A DNA stretch of 64,000 nt, from contig CAZWEM010000013.1 in the NCBI GenBank assembly GCA_964632315.1, positions 24,907 to 88,906 on the forward strand, given 5' to 3'. The first letter of the stretch is position 1. Each line of letters opens with the position of its first letter. This stretch comes from an uncultured archaeon. GTDB taxonomy: Archaea; Asgardarchaeota; Lokiarchaeia; Sigyniarchaeales; SOKP01. Under the pieces are notes generated by a model, which was not told where the DNA came from, made no database searches, and worked only from the letters and a program-made list of their open reading frames with translations. Position numbers and translations under genes: made by a program. Of the stretch, positions 1-11,178 are shown piece by piece.

Positions 1-635
1 TTCTTTGAGTACTTTACGTTATTTATATCACGGATATCAGTTATCCAATGCATGTGAATTGTGGCTTCGGAAGACGCGATTTGTCCAGATAATTTAAAAT
101 TGACCCAATCCTGGGGTTCTAAAAATTTATACGTTTTTTCATAAATCTCAGGATGATTATCTTTTATCCAGAGGACGTGAGCAATAGAATCCTTACCTGA
201 TAATGTGGGGCCACCGCCCGTAATCTTTATCCATTTGAGCATTTTAATCATGTTGTATCCACTCACTTGAATTAATCCTTTATGCAATTTCCTCATTTGC
301 TTCGCTCCCCGTGTATCCATCCAAATAATGCAATTCATCAATTCTTTCCCGTTTTTATCGATAGGAACAGTTCCACTCCATTGACTTGTATTACATACTG
401 CTATGATATCATTTGGATCAACTTTTCTTTTAGCAATTAGTTCTTTGGATCCTTCTACTATACCTCTCCACCAATCTTGAGGGTCTTGTTCCGCTACACC
501 AGGCTCTGGTAAATGTAATGGTACTTCTTTAAGAACCCAGTCAATAACTTCCCCATATACAGATACTATAGCCGGTTTTGGTCCTGAAGTCCCATGATCA
601 ATGGCTAAAATATATTTTTTTTCCGAGTTTGACAT
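1..635 (-). CDS. FGGY-family carbohydrate kinase (xylulokinase-like), N-terminal part; runs off the window edge
   Basis: Not in ORF track. Manual translation from ATG at 635 gives MSNSEKKYILAIDHGTSGPK...AEQDPQDWW...SQWSGTVPIDKNG...IWMDTR, the hallmark FGGY motifs. Frame stays open to base 1. Confidence 0.9.
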   Translation of the reverse strand, partial: MSNSEKKYILAIDHGTSGPKPAIVSVYGEVIDWVLKEVPLHLPEPGVAEQDPQDWWRGIVEGSKELIAKRKVDPNDIIAVCNTSQWSGTVPIDKNGKELMNCIIWMDTRGAKQMRKLHKGLIQVSGYNMIKMLKWIKITGGGPTLSGKDSIAHVLWIKDNHPEIYEKTYKFLEPQDWVNFKLSGQIASSEATIHMHWITDIRDINNVKYSK

Positions 636-882
636 GATTAATTATATTAATGCTTTTAATCTAAATAAAGCTTTTTTTACAAACGTTTTAGGAGTAGAAA
701 TAATGACTCAAGGAAGTCTCATGATTCAATATTGAATTTAAAACAGGAAACTCTGATACAAAAAAACAAAATATGAATTTATACATTAACTTATAGTTGT
801 ATGGAATAATCTTATTTTTAATGTAATGTTATCATATTCAGAAAATAATTCAGTATTAACTAACCATAAAGGATGATTTTAA

Positions 883-2280
883 ATGGATTATGAAGAAAAA
901 ATTGAAAAGATTGAACGGATTGTTAGCAGTCCGATAAGTAAATTCAAACCTGATGAATTAGAAGGCATTATACAGCGATATGAAAAGAATCATAGAAAAT
1001 CTAAAGAAGTATTTGAAAGAGCACGAAAAATTATACCTGGGGGCGTTGAGCATAACCTTGCCTTTAATTTTCCCTTTCCTTTAGCGAGTAAGAGAGTTTA
1101 TGATTGTTATATGGAAACTGTTGATGGAGTTGTCTTTACTGATTTCTTAATGGATGGTGGTCCAATAATTTTGGGACACAATAACCCAGAATTGACAGAG
1201 AGGATAATAAATGTTATCAAAGAGATTGGCCCTTGTCATGGGATAACTAACGAATATGAATATTTAGCTGCTGAGGAGTTGCAAAAATACTTCCCCTCTT
1301 GTGAGATAATTAGATGGTTGCAATCTGGTACTGAAGCGGACATGTTAGCTATTCGATTAGCTAGAGTTGCAACGGGACGTAAATGGATAATTAAAATTGG
1401 TGGTAGCTATCATGGTTGGTCTGACCAACTTGTGTATGACATGCACGTGCCTGGAACAAAAAGATTAGAATCACACGGTATACCTAAAGATGTATTGAAA
1501 TATACTGAATCCGTTCCACCAAATGATATCGAAGCTTTAAGAGAAATGTTTAAAGAAAAGCGAAAGGTCGCTGCTGTAATCATTGAGCCAATGGGTGGCG
1601 AATCTGGCGCGATTCCTGTGCGTGATGGATTCAACAAAGAAATAGAGGAACTCTGTCATGAGAATGGAGCATTGCTCATTTCTGATGAAGTTGTTTGTGC
1701 TTTTAGACTCGATATGGGAGGAGGTCAAGCATATTATGGATATGAACCCGATTTATCTGTTTTTGGGAAAATTGTTGGACATGGATATCCTTCAGCGGCA
1801 GCAATAGGGGGAAAAGAAGAAGTGATGCGGTATTGTGCAGCTGGAGTTGGCGGAGGAAAACGAGCATATAGTGGCGGTACTATAGCAGCAAATCCATTAA
1901 CATGTGCGGCAGCCTATAACGCGATTAAACTCGTAGCTGAGACTGGAGCGACTGAGAAGGCGGGGAAGGCAGCTCAGAGGCTTTCAACTGGTCTAAACGA
2001 AGTTTTTCAAAAATATGACTTGCCATGGTTTTCTTATAATTTAGGAGGAACGGTTCATTTCCACACGAGTTGCTTATTTGGCTTAGATATGGGAAACCCT
2101 GAACAAATAGGGCAACTACCAATGCGTAAAGAATTTATGGAGCATATGGGTGCTGCATTGGTAGATCAAGAAATAATTAGTGTTGCTGGTTCAAGATTCT
2201 ATACTTGTATCCTCCATACAGATGAGATCATTGATGAAACTATCAATAAGATAGATAATATCTGTCAAAAGATAGAATAA
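883..2280 (+). CDS. Class III PLP aminotransferase (glutamate-1-semialdehyde aminomutase-like)
   Basis: IPGGV, GPIILGH, SGTEA, YHGWSD, IIEP, ISDEV and the PLP lysine in VFGKIVGHGYP. Confidence 0.85.
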   Translation: MDYEEKIEKIERIVSSPISKFKPDELEGIIQRYEKNHRKSKEVFERARKIIPGGVEHNLAFNFPFPLASKRVYDCYMETVDGVVFTDFLMDGGPIILGHNNPELTERIINVIKEIGPCHGITNEYEYLAAEELQKYFPSCEIIRWLQSGTEADMLAIRLARVATGRKWIIKIGGSYHGWSDQLVYDMHVPGTKRLESHGIPKDVLKYTESVPPNDIEALREMFKEKRKVAAVIIEPMGGESGAIPVRDGFNKEIEELCHENGALLISDEVVCAFRLDMGGGQAYYGYEPDLSVFGKIVGHGYPSAAAIGGKEEVMRYCAAGVGGGKRAYSGGTIAANPLTCAAAYNAIKLVAETGATEKAGKAAQRLSTGLNEVFQKYDLPWFSYNLGGTVHFHTSCLFGLDMGNPEQIGQLPMRKEFMEHMGAALVDQEIISVAGSRFYTCILHTDEIIDETINKIDNICQKIE

Positions 2281-2351
2281 AAAATATTTAATTTTACTTT
2301 TCACTTAATTTAATACAAAACTTACTTGAGAGCATAAAAAGGGGAACATTA

Positions 2352-3380
2352 ATGGGGACTCAAAATGAAATTACGGAACCTTCAAATTTATTTAAAAAAG
2401 ATGGTTCGCTCGTTCAAAAAGGTTGGGCTCGTAAGCCAATTCTGAAGTATAATAAGGATAAGATTGGGAAGGGATGGACAAGGATTAAAGAATGGGACCA
2501 TTATTCTGTTCTAAACAAGGAATTTGGGTTTCAACTCACGATTGGAGATATCGGGTATCTTACGCAAATGAGTTATGGCTTCTTAGATTTCTCTAAAAAA
2601 GAACGAGATGGACAAGCGACAATGAAATTTTTTACGAAATCAAAACTCCTACCGTTGAGTTCTTTAGAAGATAGTTTCATTGAATTTCCAACAGATGCAT
2701 TTAAAGCAACAATTGAAAAAAAAGGGAATAATAGGATCCTTACAATAGATGACCCAATATTTTCAAAGAAGGGGATCAAGGGGAGTATTTCTCTTTTTGA
2801 TGATCCAGAAATGGATAACACGGTAGTGGCTACTGGATATGGACCAAAAAAACCAAAGTTGTTTTATTATAATCACAAGGTTAACTACATGCCCGCAAAA
2901 GGAACCCTCTCTATAGGTGATAAGGATTATTCCTTTGAACCTGGTACTTCCTTCGGCTTAATTGATTGGGGTCGTGGGATATGGCCTTACCATACTCATT
3001 GGCTTTGGGGTAGCGCCTGTGGTTTAGTTGATGGAATTCCAGTTGCCTTTAACATTGGCTATGGATTTGGAGATTTAAGCACCCATACTGAAAATATCAT
3101 TTTTTATGATGGGAAGGCTCATAAAATTGATGAAGTCACCTTTCATCATGAAGATCGGGATCCAACTAAACCGTGGAAATTTACCAGCAACGATGATCGG
3201 TTTAACATGACTTTAACACCAATCCTACCCCGCCGAGAGAAATTAAATTACGGTTTGATTTATTTAGATTCATCTCTCCTCCATGGGCTGTATTCGGGAG
3301 AATTGATTTTAGATAACGGCGAAAAGATAATGATAGATAAGATGCTTGGACATGCCGAAGATATTTATTGGCGCTGGTAA
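2352..3380 (+). CDS. DUF2804-family protein
   Basis: GWARKP, RIKEWDHY, YYNHK, DWGRGIWPY, W.WGSA, GYGFGD, TEN and GHAE motifs. Confidence 0.75.
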   Translation: MGTQNEITEPSNLFKKDGSLVQKGWARKPILKYNKDKIGKGWTRIKEWDHYSVLNKEFGFQLTIGDIGYLTQMSYGFLDFSKKERDGQATMKFFTKSKLLPLSSLEDSFIEFPTDAFKATIEKKGNNRILTIDDPIFSKKGIKGSISLFDDPEMDNTVVATGYGPKKPKLFYYNHKVNYMPAKGTLSIGDKDYSFEPGTSFGLIDWGRGIWPYHTHWLWGSACGLVDGIPVAFNIGYGFGDLSTHTENIIFYDGKAHKIDEVTFHHEDRDPTKPWKFTSNDDRFNMTLTPILPRREKLNYGLIYLDSSLLHGLYSGELILDNGEKIMIDKMLGHAEDIYWRW

Positions 3381-3463
3381 GGAAACTTTTATACTAAAAA
3401 ATTGAGATGGTCGTATTTCAAAACCAGCCAGATAAATCAAATCTCTGTATAGTAATTCTAAAA

Positions 3464-3498
3464 TTTTTTTTAAAAATAATAAAAAATTAAAAAAAAAA
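3464..3498. terminator. Probable bidirectional oligo-T terminator between convergent genes
   Basis: T8 on + strand followed by long A-tracts (T-tracts on - strand) immediately after the MFS stop codon. Confidence 0.45.
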
Positions 3499-4932
3499 TT
3501 ATCTTAGACCTAGCTCTTCAATTTTTACCTTGTTTAAGGCAACTTTGTCAGGTGTTAATTTATAAAATTTCCAAAAAAGAAGCACGGTTACAATGACCAA
3601 AATCGCAGGAACGATTGCTACGTGAATTCGAATGCCAAAAATTGCCAAGGGTGATTGAGTTGGAGCTCCTTCAACATATCCCGTAAAGAAATGACTCAAA
3701 GAGATGGTAACTGCTATAAATGTCTGGCCAAACTTAATAAAGAAGGATTGAAAAGCATAATATATCGCTTGCTGACTCTTACCTGTTCTAATGGCCACAT
3801 CATCTAACACGTCCCCCATGGTTGGCGGATCGACGTACCAATGACCCCCGATTCCAACTCCAAAGAATAATAAATTAATAATCCATGGAATCAATCCCCA
3901 AATAAAAATCATTGGTATAAAAGTGGCAAATAAAACGAATCCAGCGATGACGCTTAATTTTCTGTTATCATTTGTTTTATGTGCAAAATATGTCCATAAA
4001 GGAGTTGATATCAATGCTCCTAATAACATGGCTCCTAAGAGAAATGTTATTGCATCTGCTCCCATTCCTAAAATATAAGTAGATATGTATAACGCTGATG
4101 TTTGAATCATGACTCCTCCAACTTGATACCCAAAGAAAAATACCGCTTTCATCATGAACGTCTTATCTTTAAGTACGCGTAAATAAGATTTAAAAAACGG
4201 CTCTACTTCGTGAGAATCTCGAATTGACTTTCTTTGGGCATAGAGCGCTCTAACTTTTTTATCTTCAAATATTCCAGGAAGCACTAACAGAAACAGGAAA
4301 AATCCTACTGATACACTAAATATGGCTGCCTCCACATATGATTCTACTATAAAAGTCTGAATAAACAAGATCGAAGGGAGGATGAAAGCCATGACGAGAC
4401 CAGTAATTCCTAAAATTGTGCCAAATCCTTGTACAGTCCTTCTATCTGCTAGTCCTCGAAATTTATCTGGATAGAGTGAGATTACATTGACATCATATAA
4501 GGTTAAAGCAGTATCATAAATACATAGGGTAAATGTATACCATAAGAATATTTCTACTTGATGAGCTGATACATCTGTGTACCATTGTGAGGGAACCATG
4601 AATATTAAAAGATAAGATAACAACCAAGGTACAACGCCGATGATCATCCACGGAAATCTCCTAAAACCTTTTTTTTCCCAAGGCATGTGGACTTTTTCCA
4701 TTATCCAACCAACCAGAGGATCATTCACAGCATTCCAAACAGAATAAATAATAAACGCTGTCATTGCTAACAATGTTGGTAATCCTATAACATTTTCATA
4801 GAAAAAGAAGACAGTAAAACCAAACGCAGCACTAATCCACTGACCGAAGAGCTCTCGTGAACCATAAGACGCCATTATTCTCTTAGGATAGTCGTACTTT
4901 CTTTTGCTTGTAATTTCTAATTTCTCGTTCAT
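3499..4932 (-). CDS. MFS transporter, GPH (glycoside-pentoside-hexuronide:cation symporter) family
   Basis: About 12 TM; WNAVNDPLVG, RRFPW, DVLDDVAIRTG motifs. Confidence 0.85.
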   Translation of the reverse strand: MNEKLEITSKRKYDYPKRIMASYGSRELFGQWISAAFGFTVFFFYENVIGLPTLLAMTAFIIYSVWNAVNDPLVGWIMEKVHMPWEKKGFRRFPWMIIGVVPWLLSYLLIFMVPSQWYTDVSAHQVEIFLWYTFTLCIYDTALTLYDVNVISLYPDKFRGLADRRTVQGFGTILGITGLVMAFILPSILFIQTFIVESYVEAAIFSVSVGFFLFLLVLPGIFEDKKVRALYAQRKSIRDSHEVEPFFKSYLRVLKDKTFMMKAVFFFGYQVGGVMIQTSALYISTYILGMGADAITFLLGAMLLGALISTPLWTYFAHKTNDNRKLSVIAGFVLFATFIPMIFIWGLIPWIINLLFFGVGIGGHWYVDPPTMGDVLDDVAIRTGKSQQAIYYAFQSFFIKFGQTFIAVTISLSHFFTGYVEGAPTQSPLAIFGIRIHVAIVPAILVIVTVLLFWKFYKLTPDKVALNKVKIEELGLR

Positions 4933-5048
4933 TTTAATCTCCTAATTAATGGAATTAAATTCCCATTTTTAATAGAATGCAATATTCAATTTTGGATTAA
5001 ATAAAAACCTTCCAAGTTTTGCAAAAAAAGCTTTTTTACATAGATTGC

Positions 5049-5062
5049 ATTCCATATGGAAT
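5049..5062. promoter_or_regulatory. Perfect 14-bp palindrome ATTCCATATGGAAT, candidate operator
   Basis: Read directly; lies about 120 bp upstream of the MFS gene 3499-4932. Confidence 0.3.
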
Positions 5063-5258
5063 ATAACGTAAATTCAGGCTGACTGATTTTAGAATTTATT
5101 TTTTGAATCGAATTCAATAGATTCCCATTTATGATAAAGTGGCACTAAAACTAGAACGGATTGATGTCTTCAGATGAACTGGGCGTTTCATTTCATTCAA
5201 AGTTTATGTTGCTTTAAAAGTGAAAAATGAAAAAAGAAAAAATATAAGTTAGAAATAG

Positions 5259-6707
5259 TTATAATCCAAGTTCTCGCAGTTTAACTTCATTTTCTTCAAC
5301 TAGTTCTGGAGTAATATCATACCATTTCCAGAAGATAAATATTGTTATTAAGACAAGTATAGCTGGTATAATCGAACCTTGAATAATAATCCCAAATACA
5401 GCTAGTTCGGGGGTTGGACTTAATGCTTGTAATTGAGCCAAACTAGATGCACCTTCTACAAAACCTGTTAATGGATGGACTATTCCAAAGACTACAGCAG
5501 TAAAGACTCCGCTTAATCTGATAAAAAATGCATTCCAACCATAGTAAATGGAATTCTCTCTTTTCTTATTGCGTACGGTTAAATCATCAAGTACATCTCC
5601 CATTGTTGGAGGATCCATGTACCATTGTCCTCCGAGACCAATGCCCCATAATAACATTGCAATAGCAAGACCAATCAATCCAGTCAATTGCGAAAACATT
5701 ATCGGGATAAATAAGATGAACATGGCCCATCCAGCATAAAGACTCATCTTTTTGTTATTATCAACTTTCTTTGCTAATCTTAACCAAAAATATGTTGATC
5801 CTAATGCTCCTAGTAACATTGCTCCAAGGATTAGTGTAAGGTCCAAATCCGTTCCATTTATAACAAATGTTATAAAGTAAGGTCCTGAAGCTTGAATTAA
5901 AGCTGCAGAGGCCTGATAACCAAAGAAAAAGATGACTTTTACCATAAATCTTCTATCACTAAAAACTCTCCACATTGTCTTGAAAAAACCTTCGTATTCG
6001 CTCTGTTTCATCAATTCTCTTTGGGTTGAATATTGTTGCCTTAAATCCTTATTTTCCCAAACACCTGGAATCATTAAGAAGAAAAAGATGAAAGCGATAC
6101 CAAGACTAATCCATGCCATTGTTCGATAACTTGCAGGGACTCCTTGTGTCTTTAGTAAGGGAGGAATTGTCATGGCAATCACAATACCCACCAATCCAAT
6201 CATTGTACCATACCCTGTTGCCGTTCTACGCTCGTTTAAGGTCCTAAATTTATCGGGATATAATGCAGTTGCATTAATATTCCAGATAGTTAAAAAAGTA
6301 TCATATAATACCAGAGAAATGAAAAACCACCAGAAAAGTAACCACTGATCACTTACCGGATTCCAATTTAGGGGCACTAAAAATATCATCAAATAACTAA
6401 ATAGCCAAGGTATTGCAAATAAAACTATCCAGGGAAATCTTTTAAAACCCCATTTTTTTTCCCAAGGCATGTGAAGTCGCTCAACAAGATAACCCATTAA
6501 CGGATCATTAATCGCATTCCACACACTGAATAAGATAAAGGCCAATACGACAAGTTCCGTTGCCAAACCGATCTCTACCTCATAAAAAAACAGCACGAAA
6601 AGTCCAAAAGCACCGGTAATCCACTGAGAAAAAAGTTGATTAGCACCATAACTTGCCATAATGAATCGAGAATTTTCATATCCTCGTTTTTCTTTCCATT
6701 TTGCCAT
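5259..6707 (-). CDS. MFS transporter, GPH family (tandem paralog of 3499-4932)
   Basis: Shares MASYG, WNAINDPL, HMPWEKK, LYPDKFR, GGQWYMDPPTMGDVLDD with its neighbour. Confidence 0.85.
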   Translation of the reverse strand: MAKWKEKRGYENSRFIMASYGANQLFSQWITGAFGLFVLFFYEVEIGLATELVVLAFILFSVWNAINDPLMGYLVERLHMPWEKKWGFKRFPWIVLFAIPWLFSYLMIFLVPLNWNPVSDQWLLFWWFFISLVLYDTFLTIWNINATALYPDKFRTLNERRTATGYGTMIGLVGIVIAMTIPPLLKTQGVPASYRTMAWISLGIAFIFFFLMIPGVWENKDLRQQYSTQRELMKQSEYEGFFKTMWRVFSDRRFMVKVIFFFGYQASAALIQASGPYFITFVINGTDLDLTLILGAMLLGALGSTYFWLRLAKKVDNNKKMSLYAGWAMFILFIPIMFSQLTGLIGLAIAMLLWGIGLGGQWYMDPPTMGDVLDDLTVRNKKRENSIYYGWNAFFIRLSGVFTAVVFGIVHPLTGFVEGASSLAQLQALSPTPELAVFGIIIQGSIIPAILVLITIFIFWKWYDITPELVEENEVKLRELGL

Positions 6708-7150
6708 TCTAAATACCTTTTTTTTATAAAATACAAATATTAATATCAGATTTGGTTTAAGATTTATATAAAACTTATGGAATTGAAACGATGAATATTT
6801 TCGTTATGTAGAATAGAACTCATATTTATAGAATGAATTGAGGAACTTTATTTTTTCAACCAAAAGAATGAGATATTGAATATCTTCTTCTATTTTTTGA
6901 AAAGATGTTTTTCTGCATTATATTTAAATAATAAAATGCATGAACTTATAATGCCGAAATTGAATGGAGATATTGTATACCTCTATTATCATTCGAGCCG
7001 GGATTATCTATACTATTAAATTTTAATAGTCTGAGAATTAATATTAAGGTTCATTTAAGCATAAAATTAAAGGAATCACCTTATTTTCGGCAATCTATGC
7101 CATAATTGATAAAGTTAATTCCCATATTTAAAAATGGAGAGTGAAAGACA

Positions 7151-8125
7151 ATGTTAAACATATTTATCGCGTTTTTAATTCTCATAGGTAGCATTATCCT
7201 GATTATTTTTTCCAGTAGCATTGCTGTGAAGCATTCTGCTGCACTTGCCTCAAGTCTGGGGGTTTCCAGCTTGATAATTGGCATTACTTTAGTATCTATT
7301 GGGACCGATGTATCAGAGATCTTTAATTCAATAATATCATGTGCTATGGGTCACGGAGATATCGATGTAGGTGATTCTGTAGGATCAGATTTGACCCAAT
7401 TAACACTTGTTTTTGGGCTTTTGCCTATAATCTGCGGAAGTTTCATCGTTAAAAGAAAAGAATTTCTCATAATTGGTTCATGCGAAGTTCTTTCACTTAT
7501 TTTAATATTTACTGTTGTAGAAAAGGGATATTTTACACGAGTAGACGCCCTTTTCATGATGCTTAGTTTTTTATTCTATACAATGGTGACTTATAACGTG
7601 ACGAAAAGCGATATGCTTACAAAGGTTGATCTAATGATACATGAGAATCATGATCATTCAAATCGAACAAGAATACATTTTTTACTGTTTGCCATTATTG
7701 GATTTGCAGGCGTTACTCTAAGCTCATTTCTCATCGTTCAAAGTATTATTTATTTATCTAGTCGATTTTATGTCAATGAATTCATTCTGAGTTTTTTTCT
7801 CTTGAGTATTGGCACTTCTTTACCAGAGCTTAGCGTGGACATCACAGCATTGAGAAAAAAAGATTATAATCTTGCGATTGGAGATATAATTGGTAGTTGT
7901 ATTGTTGATTCTACTATTTCAATTGCGATCGGGCAATTTCTATTCCCTCAATCTGTATCGGCTCATTTAGCAATACCCACTATCCTCTATACTGTTTGTG
8001 TTTCATTGATCGTTATTATCGTGGTTTCGAAACGACAAATTATGGATTGGAAATCTGGAATTGTATTCATTTCGATTTACGTTTTAGGATTTCCTCTTCT
8101 GCTTGCTATATTTTTTAATTCTTAA
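7151..8125 (+). CDS. Ca2+:cation antiporter (CaCA/YrbG family)
   Basis: Two alpha-repeats SIGTDVSE and SIGTSLPE, each followed by GD.VGS / GDIIGS. Confidence 0.85.
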   Translation: MLNIFIAFLILIGSIILIIFSSSIAVKHSAALASSLGVSSLIIGITLVSIGTDVSEIFNSIISCAMGHGDIDVGDSVGSDLTQLTLVFGLLPIICGSFIVKRKEFLIIGSCEVLSLILIFTVVEKGYFTRVDALFMMLSFLFYTMVTYNVTKSDMLTKVDLMIHENHDHSNRTRIHFLLFAIIGFAGVTLSSFLIVQSIIYLSSRFYVNEFILSFFLLSIGTSLPELSVDITALRKKDYNLAIGDIIGSCIVDSTISIAIGQFLFPQSVSAHLAIPTILYTVCVSLIVIIVVSKRQIMDWKSGIVFISIYVLGFPLLLAIFFNS

Positions 8126-8232
8126 AAAAAATAGCTTATTCTTTTGAAATAAAACAAAATATTTACATTTTTTAATAATTTTTTATAACTTGCTTAGAGA
8201 ACATTATTAATAATTATATTGAGTTATGTAAA

Positions 8233-8913
8233 ATGAAAATTTATATATTTGAGCCGCATCCAGACGATTTACTATTCGGACCAGGTCCGATATTACTCGA
8301 TTGGATAGAGGATAAAAATGAGATTTATATTATAACAGTCACGGATGGAAGAGCCTGTTATCGTTCTGGAGAGGATAAGTATTCTGATGACGTTGCTAAT
8401 ATGACAGAAGATGATGTAGCGGAAATGAGAATAAGTGAAGCAAAACGCGCGACAGATTTTTTAGGATTACCACATGAGAATCATCATCTATTAAGATTTC
8501 ATGACGCAGATGGGGATAAATATGTTCCGGAAGCTATTGAAAAAGTGAAAATGCTTATTAAGGATGCTGACCGATTAGTTATGCCTAGTGATAATAATCT
8601 GCACGTAGACCATCAAGCAACTCATGATATTGCTATAGGTGCTGCGAAAGAGCTAGAATTGAAGGATGCCGAATATTTTGTCTACTTTATTTCTTCATAT
8701 GGAAAATTCCACGAAGATTCAAAAGACAAGCAATTTGAATATACAATTGATGAACAAAAAGCTATGATTTTGAATGATTGGCTTGACATTTACCAGTCAC
8801 AAGCAAAACTCAAATGGACGTGGAAAATGTATAAGAGATATATTAAAAAAGTACGAGATTGGACTTATGCAGTTTTCAGATACGATGATATTGGAAAGTA
8901 TTTCAACTTCTAA
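8233..8913 (+). CDS. PIG-L/LmbE-family deacetylase
   Basis: PHPDD, TDG, R..EA, HVDH and YQSQ motifs. Confidence 0.85.
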   Translation: MKIYIFEPHPDDLLFGPGPILLDWIEDKNEIYIITVTDGRACYRSGEDKYSDDVANMTEDDVAEMRISEAKRATDFLGLPHENHHLLRFHDADGDKYVPEAIEKVKMLIKDADRLVMPSDNNLHVDHQATHDIAIGAAKELELKDAEYFVYFISSYGKFHEDSKDKQFEYTIDEQKAMILNDWLDIYQSQAKLKWTWKMYKRYIKKVRDWTYAVFRYDDIGKYFNF

Positions 8914-8980
8914 GCAATTAAAACTCCTTTTTACTAAAAATTTTTAGATTGAGATTATGCAATGGAATTATTCTAAATTT

Positions 8981-9328
8981 CTATTCTGGTAAGTAAAATT
9001 TACACACGCTACATTGTTTTGCTTTTAAACGTCTATCTGGACCTAAAATAATGTATTTCGTGTTCATTTCACCGCCACATTTTGGACAATTCTTAACAAA
9101 GTTTTCTCTGATTGACTCTAAAACTTTTTGGATATTTTTTTCTAATTTGAGTAATTCATTAGCATTTTCGATGATGTTAGCTGCTGAAATGATCCCAATC
9201 CCTTTAATCCATGCCAGTTCTTCTGGTGTAGCATTCGCTATTTCCTGTACCGTTTTAACACCTGCTTTTTCAAGATTTAATGCAGCAGCAGGGCCAATTC
9301 CTCTTATTCTCTGTAACTCATTCGACAT
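8981..9328 (-). CDS. Helix-hairpin-helix protein with C-terminal zinc ribbon
   Basis: IRGIGP and IKGIG HhH motifs; CPKC...CSVC. Confidence 0.7.
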   Translation of the reverse strand: MSNELQRIRGIGPAAALNLEKAGVKTVQEIANATPEELAWIKGIGIISAANIIENANELLKLEKNIQKVLESIRENFVKNCPKCGGEMNTKYIILGPDRRLKAKQCSVCKFYLPE

Positions 9329-9476
9329 TGTCCCATTTGAACCATAAAATGAGGGTTTTAATTTTAATAAAGCAATTTGGAGTTAATTCAATCCAGAAAT
9401 TGATATTTTAAATATATTATGTGATTTCTACAAGATAAAATTTGAGATGATAAAAAAATAAAATTAAAATAGTTAA

Positions 9477-10190
9477 TTATTTTTCCAATTGCCTTCCCAC
9501 ACCTCTGTAAATTAGGAAGGCAGAGATTATTGCCAGAATTATCCCTGTGAGTCCCATTCCAATCCGAAAGGTCGGATTATTTAGTGTATTTGATAGGAAT
9601 ACGCCATACATGAACACAGTTAAGCATAAGAATCCGTAAATAAAGGATTTCCATTTCTGTTTTAAAGTCTCATCTTGAAATTTCTTGTATATTAAGAGAG
9701 ATAAGTAAAATATTGTAATCGTTACTATTAGTTCAGCACCAGTTAAATACCAGAAAAATGGTAAAGACCACACTGGAGATAAATTCTCATCTAAGGTGAC
9801 TCCATATCCTGGTGTGATAATGAAGAATATCATGCAAAACATTACAACTCCAAATACCACTAAGATTAAAGCTTGTTTGGCTGTATTAATTACTTTTTCA
9901 GATTTTAATAATATTAAATCAAAGACAACAAGAAAAATTGGAGAGTAAAATATTCCAAAATTTGTGAGGTAATTCAGAAACAGAATTAGTGGTACATATG
10001 TCATAGGACCGTATAAAAAATTAATAAAAAAGCCAATAACTGGGGAAATATAAAATCCAGCGAATATAATATTTAACCTTTTTTTGTCTCGTCTTAATAT
10101 CTTTATTGCGAGGTAAAGAAATACCGCGAAAACTATTCCTTGTGCTATGTAAATGGTGAAAAATCGAGTTATAGACATCTGATATAACAT
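9477..10190 (-). CDS. Stand-alone 7-TM membrane protein (HisKA_7TM-like sensor fold)
   Basis: Seven hydrophobic segments; paralog of 10297-11010. Confidence 0.6.
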   Translation of the reverse strand: MLYQMSITRFFTIYIAQGIVFAVFLYLAIKILRRDKKRLNIIFAGFYISPVIGFFINFLYGPMTYVPLILFLNYLTNFGIFYSPIFLVVFDLILLKSEKVINTAKQALILVVFGVVMFCMIFFIITPGYGVTLDENLSPVWSLPFFWYLTGAELIVTITIFYLSLLIYKKFQDETLKQKWKSFIYGFLCLTVFMYGVFLSNTLNNPTFRIGMGLTGIILAIISAFLIYRGVGRQLEK

Positions 10191-10296
10191 GATTTAATAG
10201 TTACCTTCTTTTGTTTTTTTTAGAAATTTTGTATTTAATATTGTAATTCAATAATATAAATGCATTTAACAGTAAAAGAATTTTAAAGAATTTTTG

Positions 10297-11010
10297 TCAC
10301 AATTGTTTAGCAACGCCGTAATAAATGAAATATAAAGATGCTAAACAAGGTAAAGATAGAAATGACCATATTAATCTGAACGTAGGATCAGCTAATGTGT
10401 TCGAAAGAGATGTTCCATAATAAAGAAAGAAATAACCAGCAATACCTATAAGAAAATATCTCCATTTCCTCTTTAAGTTCCTAAATTTAAAGCTCTTATC
10501 AATTTTTAAAGAATAATAAATGGTAGGACCTATTGCAAAGACACTACATACAATAATGCTATACAAAAAGAAAAACCAACTCCATTCAGGTTTCCATGAT
10601 GTTGAAGGCCCGATAGTAATGCCATTAGGAATGAACCATAGACCCAAAATCAAGATACTAAATATAAAAATGAGAAGGAGTTGTTTTTGAACGGTGACTA
10701 CATTTTCGGATTTTAATAACACTAACACGAAAATGAGTAGGAATATGAGTGAGAGACAAAGTAAATAGTATGTAATGAAATGTAAAATATGAACGATATA
10801 CTCATCAAATATATTAATGTAAATCATGTTTAATATGACACCTGCTGCAACAAATAAATAAAAGTTACTTAAAATCAAGTTTAAACCACGTGCTTCCCTT
10901 TTTAGGATTTTAAGCCATACAAATAAATAAAATAACCCTGCAAAACCTTGCACAATGAAGACTTGTATGAATCTTGCTAAATCCATTCCTTGTACTATTA
11001 TCAAGATCAA
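10297..11010 (-). CDS. Stand-alone 7-TM membrane protein (paralog of 9477-10190)
   Basis: Shared RF...QG, LN.I, LLKSE.V, P.WS, LK.KW, LSNTL..PTFR, IY.GV..QL. Confidence 0.6.
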   Translation of the reverse strand: MILIIVQGMDLARFIQVFIVQGFAGLFYLFVWLKILKREARGLNLILSNFYLFVAAGVILNMIYINIFDEYIVHILHFITYYLLCLSLIFLLIFVLVLLKSENVVTVQKQLLLIFIFSILILGLWFIPNGITIGPSTSWKPEWSWFFFLYSIIVCSVFAIGPTIYYSLKIDKSFKFRNLKRKWRYFLIGIAGYFFLYYGTSLSNTLADPTFRLIWSFLSLPCLASLYFIYYGVAKQL

Positions 11011-11178
11011 ACCTAATCCCCTTATAAAAACATTTTCTTGTCTTGATTAAAATATTATTTTAATTCTTTTTAATTTTTGATTTTTCAATTATTTTTTTAG
11101 GATATAGAATCAGATTCAAAAATTATTATACTTATAAATTTAGGGATTATGATTTAATAAAGACCCAAGTAAGGAAAT

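Noticed and set aside
883-2280. Assigning the symbol hemL
   Set aside because: Family motifs are present, but the context is carbohydrate catabolism and several HemL-typical residues differ
9477-11010. Rhodopsins (schizorhodopsin or heliorhodopsin)
   Set aside because: No retinal-binding Lys in TM7 and no helix-C RYxxW-type motif
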